Below are positions 37,201-50,113 of a stretch of DNA of 64,000 bases, in pieces. Origin of the DNA: Entomortierella parvispora E1425. Taxonomy: Eukaryota > Fungi > Mortierellomycota. Where the stretch lies: the NCBI GenBank assembly GCA_020891255.1, contig BQFW01000006.1, positions 1,674,001 to 1,738,000 on the forward strand, given 5' to 3'. The notes beneath the pieces are model-generated. The model searched no databases. It was not told the origin of the DNA and saw only the letters and a list, made by a program, of their open reading frames with translations. A program made the translations under genes and the position numbers. Numbering within the stretch: position 1 is the first letter of the stretch; each line of letters opens with the position of its first letter.

Positions 37201-40200
37201 GCACTCAAAAATGTGACTTTGTCGTTTCCTCCAGGTCAGGTCTCGCTCATTACAGGAACAAAGGAATCTGGAAAATCTGCTCTTTTGCTTGCCTTGATTG
37301 GTGAAATGACTCGAACGTCAGGAAAGATCTATTTGCCCCGCACGGACTATTTCCATGGTAAACAGGGATATGGAAGTGATGTCGCTTATGTGGCACAGGA
37401 TCCCTGGTTGGAGATTGGTGGAGGCGGCAGTATCACCGGGAGCAGCACTGGACGAAGCACCATTCGCGACACAATTTTGTTTGGCACGGAAATGGATAGC
37501 GAGCGCTATGCTGAGGTGCTGAGGGCCTGTGTCCTTGAAAACGAACTCCTTGGTCTTCCAAATGGTGACATGACCATCATCGGCGACAAGGTATGAGATA
37601 GAACGCTTTGAGATGGGGACATGTACACCGCGCTTCATGCCTAACCGAGAATTCACTTTGCTACAACTTTAGAATGTTATATGGTCCATGTCGTTGAAGC
37701 AGAGGATTTCTCTGGCGCGTGCCATTTATTCGGATGTATCGCATATTTTGATGGACGACTGCTTGAGTTTTGTGGATGTCAAGAGCCGCCAGCACATTTG
37801 GAAGAACTGTATTCTCGGACCATTGGGACAGAACAAAACTCGTATTATTGTCAGCAACCAGTTCCATGTCAAGACTTTCCTCAACGATGTCGACTATGTT
37901 GTCGGTATCGATCAGGGTATTGTTCTTGGTCACGGCACTGTTCGCGATGTTCTGAGTCAGGGATGGATTCGTCAAGCTCCTGGATCAACCTCGATTCCGA
38001 CAACTATCCTCCCAGGCGCCAGCGTTCCGGCTAACTTGGGCCAGTTGCCACCTCGGGATCAGTCTACGACCTTACCCGTTGGAGTTAATGGACCAGGAGT
38101 AACTCAGGATCTGAAACCCTCCAAGAGCGTGAATTTGCCTGTGAACAAGCTCAGCAACCTTGCTGACTATGATGATTTGGACTCGACCTTGAGCCGAGAG
38201 ACTGCTGCAGGATTCAAGGTTGGCTGGTCTACTTTTACGACATATGTCTGCTCGCTCGGAACGGCCTTTTTCCTCTTGACTGCACTCATGTGTCTCTTTT
38301 TGAGCCAGACCCTGTTTGTGGTTCGGATCGGATGGCTGGGCATCTGGGCTGAAAATGAGGCTTGGAAGAGTGGCGTTCATCTCGCACACACTATCCATCA
38401 TCACGTCTCAAGTGCTGCTATTGAGCCCGAACTGCCTAAGCAAACACCTGCGACTCATGTCGAGTACCTGATGGTCTTCGCAGCGATGGCTGCAGCTAGG
38501 GCCTTGTTTGCTGTATGCAATGCATTCTGCATGAGGACGGCAGCACATACTGGAGCCGACAGGATTTATGAGCGACTTCTGAATGGCGTGACCTCCGCAA
38601 GACTGCGTGTCTTTGAGGCGAATGTAGGAAAGGCGGAAGGCTCCTTTGCAGGCGATGCCGGCGGGCTGTTTTCAAAGTCGACATTGACAGGAATCAAGGA
38701 CTGTTTCCAAAGGGATCTCAGCGGATTGGACGTTAAGCTCGCAAAAGAATTCTGGCAGTTCGCATCGGATGTTTTGGCTGTGATCTTAATCTTGGTCGTT
38801 CTTACCCTGATCCAGCCTTTGCTATTGGTTCCGGCAGCGATCGTGCTGTTCATGTTGAGCTCTGTGGCCTTGCTGGGATTGGGTCTCTCCAAAGAGATGC
38901 ACAGGATGGCTATTCGTGCGGACAGGATGGACAAGGATCAATTCAAACACACGTTCAGGGGACTTGCCACCATTCGAGGCTATGGTCTTGAGCGTCGCGC
39001 CCTCAAGGCTGGAATCGCTCAGGCAGAATGTTATCTGAAAACCACCTACTTTGGATCGTGTGCTGATCGTTGGCTGCACTGGAAAGTGGATGTCCTTGGA
39101 GCCCTCATCCCGTTTACATGCGCCGTTTTCATTTTGCAAAAAATTGAGGATCTGGACCCGGTCTTGATCGGACTGTCGTTGTACATGTCATTGCAGTTCA
39201 GCGACAAGGTTCTGGACTCTTTGCTTGGATATGGCAGAATTCGAAATCGACTGCAGTGGGCACTGGAGCGGACAAGAAGATACATCCAACAGCTGAACCT
39301 CGATGACAACAAGGAGGCTCCACGAATTGTCGAATCCAAGGCCCCACCTGCTGGCTGGCCTCACAGCGGAGCAGTTGAGTTTATCAACTACTCTTGCAGC
39401 CGAACAGATACATCGGGAGCCACTGCGACTCAGATGGCAGCGTCTCCTCCAACAGATGATGAGCCGGTACAGGTTCTCGAAGTCCTATCGCGCGATCTTC
39501 CTTTGGACCCCAGAGCGCCACCACCCCCGGCACCACTGCCCACTCAGCAGCTTAACGCCCCCCTGCCTCCCCCACCGCTCGGCTTCTCTGTCAGCGCACC
39601 TTATGACAACAGTAGCCCTCTCCGAACTAACACGGGGCTTTCCGCTGCTAACACTATGGCTTCCGGGACAAGTCATGTTTCCTCCGATAGTCGACTCAGC
39701 GTCGCTAGCAATGCCACCATCATTGGACATGGGTACCCGTCCAGCTCGGAAGCATCCATGGCAACCTTGATCCCATTGCCCTCACCATCGTCTACATTTA
39801 TTGCCTCTTCAGCCGCAGTGCCAACACCTTCTGCTCCAATGGACCAATCAGCAGGACTGAATCAGGCTGTCGATCCAAGGGATAGATTATATGATTCCCC
39901 CTTGCCTCCACTGCCGCCAAATGCCGTCACGCCAAATATGAACAATAATGCAAACATCCAGGCAAGCGGATCTAAGCCAGGTGCCAGTATTCCGCAACAA
40001 CAAGCTGCACCATCGATAACAATTGAAACCGGCTTTGGACCTATCAGCTGTACAATTCGACCTGGAGAGAAGATTGCAGTGGTTGGTCAAACAAAGAGTG
40101 GCAAGAGTACCTTCATTCAGAGTCTATTCCGTCTATGGGACTCTGCAGAGGAAGATCGATACCGAGCGGCGCGTGCTCATGACCTTGCACTGAACGGCGT

Positions 40201-41662
40201 GCCCGATAATGGCCATAATGATGGCCCTGTACCGCTCAAAAAGAACAAGGTCTCGTCGTCCTCGTTCTACATTTCATCCATTGATACCCCTGCTTCATCA
40301 CCAAAGCCACCTGGTAAGGGACCTCTAGGCTTCTTAAAGAAGAAAAAGGTTGCCTTGCTGGATGAATTGGACCCAGATCTGGGCATGATCAAGGTTGATG
40401 GGCTCGACATCACCGCCATGGGTCTTGCGGATGTCCGATCTCGGTTCGCGATTCTCTCACAACGTGGCACAGTCTTTGCTGGAACAGTTCGATTCAACTT
40501 GGATCCATTTGGTCAGCATGAGGATTCGGAACTGAATGAAGTCCTGAGGATTTGCTTCTTGAGCGACCGCGTGAAACTGGATACCGAGTTGATCACTCCA
40601 GCAACAGCACATTTGTCCTCGATTGAGGAAGTTGCGCCCGTATTGCATCCCAGCGTCGATACTTTGCCTAGCGCCTTGGGACGCGTCCCGACCTCGAAAT
40701 TAGCCCATTATCAGCGCGCTCTTTTCAAGAAGAATCGGGCACGATTCAACAGGTCGAATGCCAAAAACAGCAACATGACCGAGGCCGATGCCGCCAGTAG
40801 TGCTAGCAGCAAGGGCAAGGGTAAAGCCACAGGCAATACAACAACGGCGACGAATAAGGATTTCCGAACTTCGGCCACAGCATCTGCGACGGTGGGTGTG
40901 AATATGGGCCGTGGCTTGAGAGCCGCTTTGGCCTCTGGAGCCGATCCATCTTTCCTTGATCAGAGACGGATGGAAATTGTGGACGAGGAGGTTCACGATA
41001 GTTATCAACCCGACAGCACGGATGATGAAGATGATGTGGCTGAGGATGAGTTTGGTCGTGTAGAATTGGACACCAACGAACGTCAACTGCTGAGTCTGGC
41101 GAGGATACTGGTTCAAAGGTCCAATGTCGTGGTGTTGGACAACTGCGCCTCCAAGGTCACGGATTTGACTGCCCAGCGAATTGACCAGATTATCCTCCAG
41201 GAAATGAAGCAGGCAACTGTGATCTCTGTCGGGCATCGTCTGGATCAGATTGTAGCGCGTCATAATCGGATTTTGGTGCTTGACCAAGGCAAGGTTGCAG
41301 AGTTTGGTAAGAAGTTTTTTTTATTTGTTTTTCCTTTTTTTGTTTTTCTGTATTGAGATGGTTGACCTAGAGTTGGAGAAGGGGTTTTAAAAGTTGAAAA
41401 ATGGATATACTAACATGCCTCTTGACATTTTTTGCCTTTGTCAGACACCCCAATTGCTCTTCTCAACAACCCCGATGGCATATTTAGAAAGATCTGGTAA
41501 GGATATCTTGAGGCGTCTCTGTTTGTTTTTCACAAAAGATGATATATACCATCGGAAAACGCTAATTGAAAAATCTCATCCCTACACAGCAACCCTGACG
41601 GAGCGAACTTTCCGTCTCTCGTCTCCTTGGCCAAGAAACAGCAGCTCCTCTTTCACCAATAA
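34228..41662 (+). CDS. ABCC/MRP-type full-size ABC transporter (TMD0-TMD1-NBD1-TMD2-NBD2) with degenerate ATPase motifs
   Basis: MVPWTCTPDAETCVSD|SLLQLIP start; SPETRSSLYARIAFTW lasso; KAIKYLGWE; NBD1 ALKNVTL...GTKESGKS, YVAQDPWL, KQRISLARA; TMD2 GLATIRGY, DRWLHWKVD; GWPHSGAVEFINYS; GEKIAVVGQTKSGKST; GTVRFNLDPF; ISVGHRL...ILVLDQGKVAEF|DTPIALL; TAA at 41660-41662. Confidence 0.92.
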
Positions 41663-41795
41663 TGACAAGAACAGCATACAGCACGAACATGCCCGAAACG
41701 AAATATATTTTTTGATTTGATTTGATATTTTGATATTTGTGCGTTCGTCAAAATTAAAATGACACATTTTTTGGGATTTTTTTTATTTCATTTCC

Positions 41796-43757
41796 TCAAC
41801 GATCCCATCTCCGGTCGTGGCCTTGCTGATTGCGTGGGTCGCGAGGGTCGCGGGAGCCGCGGGGATCGCGAGGATCGGTGGGTGCCTGCCGTGGATCGCG
41901 CGGAGGGGCTATTGTGGCCGGTGGATACGGCAAGGCGGGATAAGGCTGTTGATGCGGTGGTTGTTGTGCATGATGTTGTTGTTGCTGAGATAAAAATGCT
42001 TGTAGTTGATGAGGGGGAATCGGTGGGAAAGGAGCAATAGGCTGACCCGCTGCGGCGGCGGCTGCAATCAACGCAGGGGGCACTGGCGGTGGGAGTGGGA
42101 ATCCAGGAGGCATCCCATGGAGTCCAAAAAACGGTGGCACTGGAGGAGGTTGTGGTGGGTGTTGTGGTAGTTGCTGAGGCGGTTGCTGATGTTGCTGCTG
42201 TCTAAGCTGTGCCAATGTTTGACTCAAGTCCATGGCCATGCTTGCGGGAATTCCTCCAAGGTAGTTGGGAGCACTGCTGCCTGTCAATTGAGTCGTGACT
42301 GCAGCGGCTGCTGATGTCAATCCTTGAGAGGAAGACGCGCCAGTGGTCTGCGGAGGCTGCAATTGCTGTTCCCGATGCTGCTGCTCTTGCTGTGGCCTCA
42401 CATTTGTGGAAGACGATGGATTGCTAGCAGGGAAGAGCTGATTAACGAGCCCTTGAAGCTCTTGAAGGGACGGAACCTTCAGAGGAGGCGATGTTGGTCC
42501 TGCTGTCGTCGCTGCTGAACCAGAAGTAGATATCGGGCTTGGAGCAGGAGCGCGTGACGCCACGGGCGCGCTTGTGGGAGGGGTCCACTGGTATGCTGTG
42601 GTGGGTGCGGGAGGTGGTGGTCCAGGGTGTACTGGAGGAGGAGCCCGTCCCTGCTGCGAATCTTTGATTTCGCGTCTCTCCTGAGGAATAGGATAAGGTC
42701 GTCCTGCGGATGCTGTAGCCTCTTTAGAGATTGGGCGCCGCTGACCTGACCCTGATTTACTCTGTGAAGGCGAATGTCCATGATGGTGATGCTGTTGCTT
42801 TTGCTGATGGGAATGGCCACGCTGCTGGTGATGTGATCCGCTGGAGGATCCTTTATTCAGCACGAGGACACCGATCAATGCATTCTTGGCTGACTGGTCC
42901 CTGCCCCGAACATGAGCCTCGCTCTCCATCAGACCCTCGAAGAGCCACGGCAGTGGCGCACCCGCGGCCAGTGGGATCAGGTACAGGTCCTTGACACGGC
43001 CTCCGCTCTTCTGTGGAACAACACCGAAGCGACTAATGTCATGAAGGTGTTGGCATAGGTGATTGAATTCTCTCTGAGCATCCTCGGGCCCATCCATGAC
43101 GAGACTAGGCTCCAATCGCACGAGCACGACCTCCTTTGTCAGCGACTGCTTCACCTGGGTCAGGTAGGTCTCCACGGCCTTGATGTGGATACGGCCGTCG
43201 ATTGAGATGGAGCGTGCCAGGATATCAGCCCATTCCGGTCCTGGGATGGTCCGACCGCCGACCTGGACCGCGCGCGACTGAAACTTGGCAACCTGGGGCA
43301 TGCTCAGTGTTCCCTGCCAGACAGGTTCTGCGGAGGTGGCACGTTTACTGTCCGAAGCCTTTTCGCGCTCCATGTTCCTGCGGATCTCTTCGAGCATGAA
43401 CGGCGGTGGTGAATCTGGAGGTGTGGTGGAGAGAAGAGTCGGCGACCCTTCGGGTGATGGCGAGGGGGAATAAGGCGACGGCTCTCGGGGCATATAAGAC
43501 ATGCCAGACGACGATCTGTCGCCTCCACTATCGTTCCTTTGACGCTTCTCGCTCGACGACAGCACTTCATTCAGTGCTTCCTCGCCAGGCCGTTTATTGG
43601 TTTGGATCCTGGCCAACAGCTTGTCCAGAGTATCCATCCGCGGTGATCCCTGTGGTGTCGATTTGTTTGATCCGTCATGGCCGCCATTATTCTGGGCAAA
43701 CAACTCGCCTCCTGTCTTTTCTTCCTCGGTTCGATCAGCTGTTTGCTCCTCGTCCTT

Positions 43758-43789
<32 letters not shown>

Positions 43790-46301
43790 GCTCCAACTTG
43801 GACCCAGCAATCGATGAAACACGTGGGACAAAGCTGACCTCGCCCTTGTGCGTCTTCTTGATGAATGGTTCCTCGTCAATGGTCAGCACAGAGTCGTGGA
43901 TACTTCTCTTGCGCACCTCCTCAGCAATGCTCTGCAGTTCGGGGTTGGCAAGCTCCTCCGGCGTAAGACGTACGAGCTCTCGCGGCTTCAGCTCTTCTGA
44001 CAATACACGGTTGCGTAGACTGTCGTTGTTTTTATCTTTGAGATTAAAAAACAGAGAACGGTACTTGGCTTTGTAATCCTTTCCGCAACCAGGCACACCA
44101 GGTGTTGCTGTAAACAGGTAGAGCTCCTTCTCAATCGAGACCGCCAGCGTCTTTGCCTTCTCGATGTCTTCTGGCTTTTGATTTTCTTGGCCCTCTAGTG
44201 CCACCATGAGGCCATCTGTGATACCCTTGAGGGCTGTGGATCGGACGGGATCTTGTTCGGGCTTGGGAGAGATGGGTGACTTTGGTGCTGCGGCCAAGTT
44301 GGACTTCTTCACAGAGGGACCGGCAGCTAACTTTTTGGCCGGGATAACAATCGTTGGCAGCAAGTGTTCACTCTGAGCAACTGCTTGGGCTGCCTCAAGC
44401 TCGATTCCCTTTATAGCGCACTCCTCACTACAGTAATCACTTGTCGGCCTAGCCTCATTCAAGCAAGTTGGAAGTGCACAATCAAGGGCATCCTATTTGA
44501 AAGAAACCCCCCACAAAATGAAATCCAGGGCATGATCAGCACTATGGCAATGTGCAACTTCCTAATCAACGAATACCAAGACATATCTAATAAGTGACGG
44601 GAGAGGACTTACCGATATCTTTGTATGTTTTGTCTTGCCGCCAAACTGGGTCTTTGATCGCTCTATTAAAAAAATGGAGTTGAAAGAGACAAAGATGTCA
44701 GCATTGTGGAATACTTTGCGGCACTCCCTATGGGATAGCAGTCTCGGCTCCTCCATCAATCGAGATCTCCCCTTCTCTGAGGATAAGCGAATGACAAAAA
44801 CACGCGATATCGTCAGGGAAGCAGACACAACCCTTCCAAAGGAACGAAGACAAGGATCTCCCTCCCTTTAGAAAGGACATGTCTTAACAACCGTTTGCCA
44901 TCGCCCCACGGGAAGTCGCCCATCAAACACTAGTTCACAATAACACCGCTTTAAGACTATTGCCATCGCTGCCGACTTTGAAACAACATCAACCGAATTT
45001 ATCTTGAAAGAAAAAAAACAGGATAGGCCTCTCCGTCGATGTAAAAGCACATGAAGCAGGATATGATAGAGATCACACAGGCACAGTAAGACCGAGCCTC
45101 CTGCCACGAATGAATTGTTTGGTTTCGTATGACACTATATTTATATTATCGAGCGCGAAAGACCATGCCCATGGGCGACAAGGGGGCAGAATCACGGCTG
45201 CAAGGGTAGAAAAGAACCAAAACAAAACCTTACCTTTCAATGTTTCTGTGCAAGTATCACAAAAGTATTTCTCGTCCTTGAGCTCCATCAGATGAGCAAT
45301 CTCGTCCGTAATGTCTACGCAGGCACCATGGAACCTGCAGATACGATGAGAGAACCGGGCAGAAAGCAGTCAGTCCTTCTGCAATGTCAAGTCCCAAAAA
45401 CTCAAAGGGGGAGGGAGGAGGATTGATTTTCTACTGAAACCTACCATTGCCGGCAATTATCGCACTGGATCATCACTTCCCCATCATCTGGTTTCTGGCA
45501 GTAACAATAGACTTTTTTGGATCGCGTCACGCGCTCTGGTGTGTAGACTGCTGCGGCTGTAGTTGAGGGAGTACCTTGTGTACTTTGAACATACTCTTCA
45601 CTTAGCGCTGCTAAGGTAGTGGGTTTTCTCGCCCTTCCACTCCTCCTAATATCGCCGGTCGGTGCTGTCTGTGCAGGTGTCGGTGACTCTTTGACAGCGT
45701 GTGAGCCAGATGACCGCCTGCTACGTGTCGTCCCATCCTTGCCAAGAGTTGATACTGTGTCTGTTGAATTCGGCTGGGTTGGGCTTTTCGTATCGGCTTT
45801 CTGTGTGGCTGCCGTCAATGGCTCCGACTCGGTCGAATCGGGCGCAGCCACCGCCGTCCGCGAGGCACTCGAAACAAATATGAGATCTGGAGTAATGTAT
45901 CCAGAGTTTTGCTCCGGAGGCGTCATCTGCTGATGAATTTCCATATCCATCAGGGAACCATATGACTGACGATGCACCTCGGTAGAATTCCAAGAATTCT
46001 CGTTCCTGTCCAAAGGCGTCTGCTGATCCCCTGCCATCAAACCAGCGAATGCAGGCTCTGCAGTGTTTCGGTCCCCCAATGGTGTACCCTTAGTCATGTC
46101 TATGGTGACGCCTGCCCACTGATGTGGTGGATCCTGTTGGAGTACATCAGTCGCCTGTTGACTATCCTGGTCCTGGTCGGAAAGGGAAGACGCTGAGAAG
46201 TCCAAGAACCCATTCCCATCCGCGTGGACCTGTGATTCAATGTCTCCTTCGCCCAGATCTAGATGGAGGAAATAGTCGGGTTGTGTGCCTGATTCTGACA
46301 T
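41796..46301 (-). CDS. BYE1: Bye1/PHF3/DIDO1-like transcription elongation factor (PHD - TFIIS central-like domain - SPOC - low-complexity tail)
   Basis: PHD VYCYCQKPDDGEVMIQCDNCRQW|FHGACVDIT...KYFCDTC; TFIIS-M YKAKYRSLFFNLKDKNNDSLRNRVL...LVRLTPEELANPEL, IKKTHKGE; SPOC VWQGTLSMP, SIDGRI, YGVV-like RFGVV, VKDLYLIPL. Confidence 0.9.
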
Positions 46302-47281
46302 CTTGAGTTGTGTCGGATAGTTGATTATCGGCGTCCGTCTTCTATCCTTACTCGGGTTTTCTGTTAGGGCTGTCCAGGGGAAGAAGTGCTGTCGGAGTGA
46401 AGTGCATGCTGATGGCAGAAGTAAAAGGCAAAAAAAAAAAGGTGACGTCACCGTATGTGCGCGTCGGCGCGCTGCAGCGTGCTTGTTCCCTTGTTCCCAC
46501 AACCTTTTGTCATCCCCACCTTCCTTTTATTATAAATATGTAGATGTATCAGAGGCTTGATAATGTTGATCTGGCACACGCAGTGGGAGCATAAAAGAAC
46601 ATTAGAGGAACCGATCGAAAATCACCTCTGAGAAAAGACAAGATATGGAGGGAAGGGAATCTATGCTTCCAAGTTCCAACATCATTTGCCCCGCGTAATT
46701 GACTGTCTCTCTCTAATTGCACATCTGTCCACGGACACATTTTTTTCTCGAAAGCTATTTTTGTCACACGGACTTTGTGCGCGCCCAAAGAAGCCACTCT
46801 CCCTTGAACACAGTGTGAGTGTGCGACCACCTCACACACACACCCAGAGCCAAAGTCAATTTGTACACTGCCCACGGACACGGCCAAAGAGGGTGTCAGT
46901 TGTGTGAGCAATTGAACTGGCACTCTCTTTGCCGTATTTTGCCGTGAGCACTCTCTTTTCTCTCTTCTCTCTTCTCTCTTGCTGAGGACATGAAAAGTGA
47001 AGAAAACGGCAGAAAAAACAATAGTCAACATCACCGCTCCGAAGTAATGTACTTCTTCTCTGTTTATTATCATTCCATCGTCTTTCACTCTCTCCCATCC
47101 ATCCATCTATTCATTCATTCATTCGTTCATTCAGCTGCCCCTCTTCCTCATCGGCCCCTTTTGATTCATCCTTTCGAAAGAAGCAGTAGTTCTCTTCCTC
47201 CTCGCCTCCTCGCCTCCTCATTCATTCAATCCTCAATCCTCCCGTCTATTTTTACTCATCGAATTCATCTCATTCACCCCC

Positions 47282-48968
47282 ATGGAACCAACGCCTTCTT
47301 CTCCTGTCGACGCAAGAGTAAGAGCAAGGACAACTTCTTTTTCGGCCACGACCGCCGTCGTGCACTCTCTTGAGCACAACAACGTCAGCAATAGTCAACA
47401 ACAGGTCATGGATCCTCACCAGATGTATCCTTGGCCCTCAGAACGTGCCAAGGCCGCCGCTGAGGCAGCTATGTCACCTCCAGTCTCACCAAAGCAGCAT
47501 GCCATCGCCGCGGGTCAGGTCGAGTTTGTGGAACCCCTCCAAGAGTCCAACAACGTCCACAATCGACACGAGCCCTGGGTGAGCACCAACGACGATAACA
47601 ATACCAGCAGCGAAGGCGATGTCCACTCCTCACCTTATACCCACCTTCACCGGTCCAGGACTCTCACTCACGACAGCGCCATCAACGAATCTCGCCCCGC
47701 TTCTTTGACATCCTCTTCCTCCTATACCTCCGCCAACTCAGCCTCTGTGGCCTCTTCTGCTGCTTCTTCTTCCACCTCTCTTTCCTCAGCGGCGATGTCA
47801 ACATATTCCCCTGCCTCTTCGCCCCTGTCCGAAGCAACAGTGTCGTCAGCTGTCGATGCACTGAAATCATCCGGTCATCTCAGCCCATCAGCAACGTCTG
47901 GGTTACAAAGGCTTGAAATAGAAAAGACGGAAATGTTCCTGATCGATACCCCTCCCAGCAGCCATGTCACCTCCCCTTCCTCCCCCTCCTCCAAGAACGC
48001 CCTGATAAGCGTGAGCGAAAAGACTCTAGTCCAAAAGCAACCCACACAACCAACACCTGCATCCGTTTCGACCACGGCTCACAAAACTAGCAAATCAACC
48101 ACACAAATCATTCGAGAGATCTCGGACCTCGTCGATGGTCGTGACAAGACGATCAAGGTGGTGCAGTACTTTGCCAAGGTCTTTCTCTGGCTGTTTCTGT
48201 CAAACACGAAACAGTACAAGGTTCTTGCGGGCCGAGTCAAAGCTCTGGCCAAGCAGTTCTCAACAACGCGTAAGGTCCTGCGATTGGGACACTTTGTGGA
48301 TCCTCTTTCGACTGTCTTGACGTTGGCCGCGACCTTGTCCATGAACTACCAAAAGAAGGGATCTTTGGCAGCCTTGATGAGAAAACCTCGCAACCAGACC
48401 TGGAGAGACACAGCCCGGGATCGACTGGGCATGTTGAACAGTGTGTTGGGATTCTGTCAGGATATCTCGGACGATATCTACTGTTTAGGTGTCATCGGAG
48501 TACTGGATCGGTCTTTTTCCGATAAGGCCGAGCCATGGTCGAACCGTCTCTGGATGGTTGGCGTGTCCATTGACCTGCATGAGAACCTGCAGTCGATCAT
48601 AGACGTACGGCGGCAGATCAAGACCCTGAGAATGACAAAGGAGATCTCTGAGGAAAAGGAACAAGCCCGATGCGCTAAACTAGTCCAGCTGAGCAACAAG
48701 TTGCATTGGCTTCAGGTGACAACCGTCAAGCTCGGCGGCGATTTCTTGTTCTGTGGTAAGAAAACTTGAACTCTTGTTGTCTCTGCTGCTACCATGGCAT
48801 GTTTTTGTCAATTTCATTTTGCTAATCGTTATCGTTATCTTTTTTTTTTATTATTTAGGATATGACAATTTGCACTGTTCCTTCTCCGATGGCTTCCAGG
48901 CCGTCACCGGTTTGGCTTCCGGCATTGCCGGAGCCTACAAGTTTGTCGGCAAGATTATGGAGTCTTAA
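47282..48968 (+). CDS. PEX11-family peroxisomal membrane protein with long Ser-rich N-terminal extension (1 intron)
   Basis: DGRDKTIKVVQYFAK, KQFSTTRKVLRLGHF, DISDDIYCLG, SNRLWMVG, VKLGGDFLFC|GYD...GLASGIAG; TAA at 48966-48968. Confidence 0.8.
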
Positions 48969-49204
48969 GATTTCGCGTATATCTCGACCCTTTCTCCAGT
49001 TATTGATAGACATCCTCTCCTACCAAACTACCCGTATACCACCTGATTATTTGAGTCTTTTTCTTTGTCCTTCTTCGCGTTCTTTTTCCTTTCAGTCGTT
49101 CATTTTAAATAATACAGAGCGCAGGCAGCTTTTTACTATCTCAATTGATATTGTACAAGTGTGTTTATGGTTTCTAATATACAGCAACGACTGGCCTATT
49201 CTCT

Positions 49205-49821
49205 TCAAGTGTTGCTTTGGTCCATTGCTATTTCTCTTAGAGCTTGAGTGACTTCCTGCAACAACTTCTTGGCCTCGAGCACCGCAGCTTCGTACTCCTC
49301 AGTGGCCCTGTCGTTCTCTTGGGCCAGCAATTCCAAATCAAGTGTCTGCTCCTCGGGCGTTTGTGTAATTGGTGGCAAGTTTTCGATCAGGGTTTCGAGC
49401 TCCTTTGCCTGTCGACTGATATCCAGTGCCAGTTCCTGTGCAGATGCTAAGATTATGACATGTGTAAACCGTGTTAATCCTCTAGAAGAGAATGAACCTG
49501 AACAACTAAGAATCAAGACAGGCGGGTGAAAAGTACCTTGCAATATTTCCTTTGGCATGCCGTGTTCTAATAAAAAAAAAAAAAGGTAAATGCATACAAA
49601 AGTTGAACGAGAGTCAGCTCATCAGATCACCCTCAGTGAAGGATAGACACAAGACGACGACGCGTCTTGAGTCAGTAATAACGAACAGTACCTGTGGTGA
49701 CGACAGGCACGTCTGGATTCAGAGCGACAAGCGGCGCATTCTTTGAGAGATGGTCGAGTGATGAGACAAAGAGAAGGGCCAGTTTGTCGATGGCATCCTG
49801 CAGCTGTGTGAGTCTGTCCAT
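49205..49821 (-). CDS. MED21: Mediator subunit 21 (Srb7), 3 exons
   Basis: MDRLTQLQDAIDKLA...FVSSLDHL; AQELALDISRQAKELETLIENLP; EEQ...LAQENDRATEE. Confidence 0.93.
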
Positions 49822-50113
49822 GAGGGGCTGAATGAGAGTGGGTTTCCGTGAGGATGCGTTGATGGACAAAAGGAACAACGTCTCTTTCACCTGGTTGGAC
49901 GACTGTTTGCAGCAGCATGACGCCCAAGCCACCGTTTGCGTTTCTTGGGTCTGTTGACCTTCCTCGCCTGCCTTGCTCAACGGCCTGTGCTTCTTCATCG
50001 CATTCAACTCCATCCCTCTCCTGTCGTCCTTCCGACTCTTCTTCTTCAACCTCGCACGTACTATTCCCCCTAACTTAAACGCACTAGACAACAACAAAGA
50101 CCACTAGCTCGCA

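Noticed and set aside
44678-45232. Long Bye1 intron with AGAGAA and ACA boxes suggesting an H/ACA snoRNA
   Set aside because: I could not build two hairpins with pseudouridylation pockets at the required spacing, and such short boxes occur by chance.
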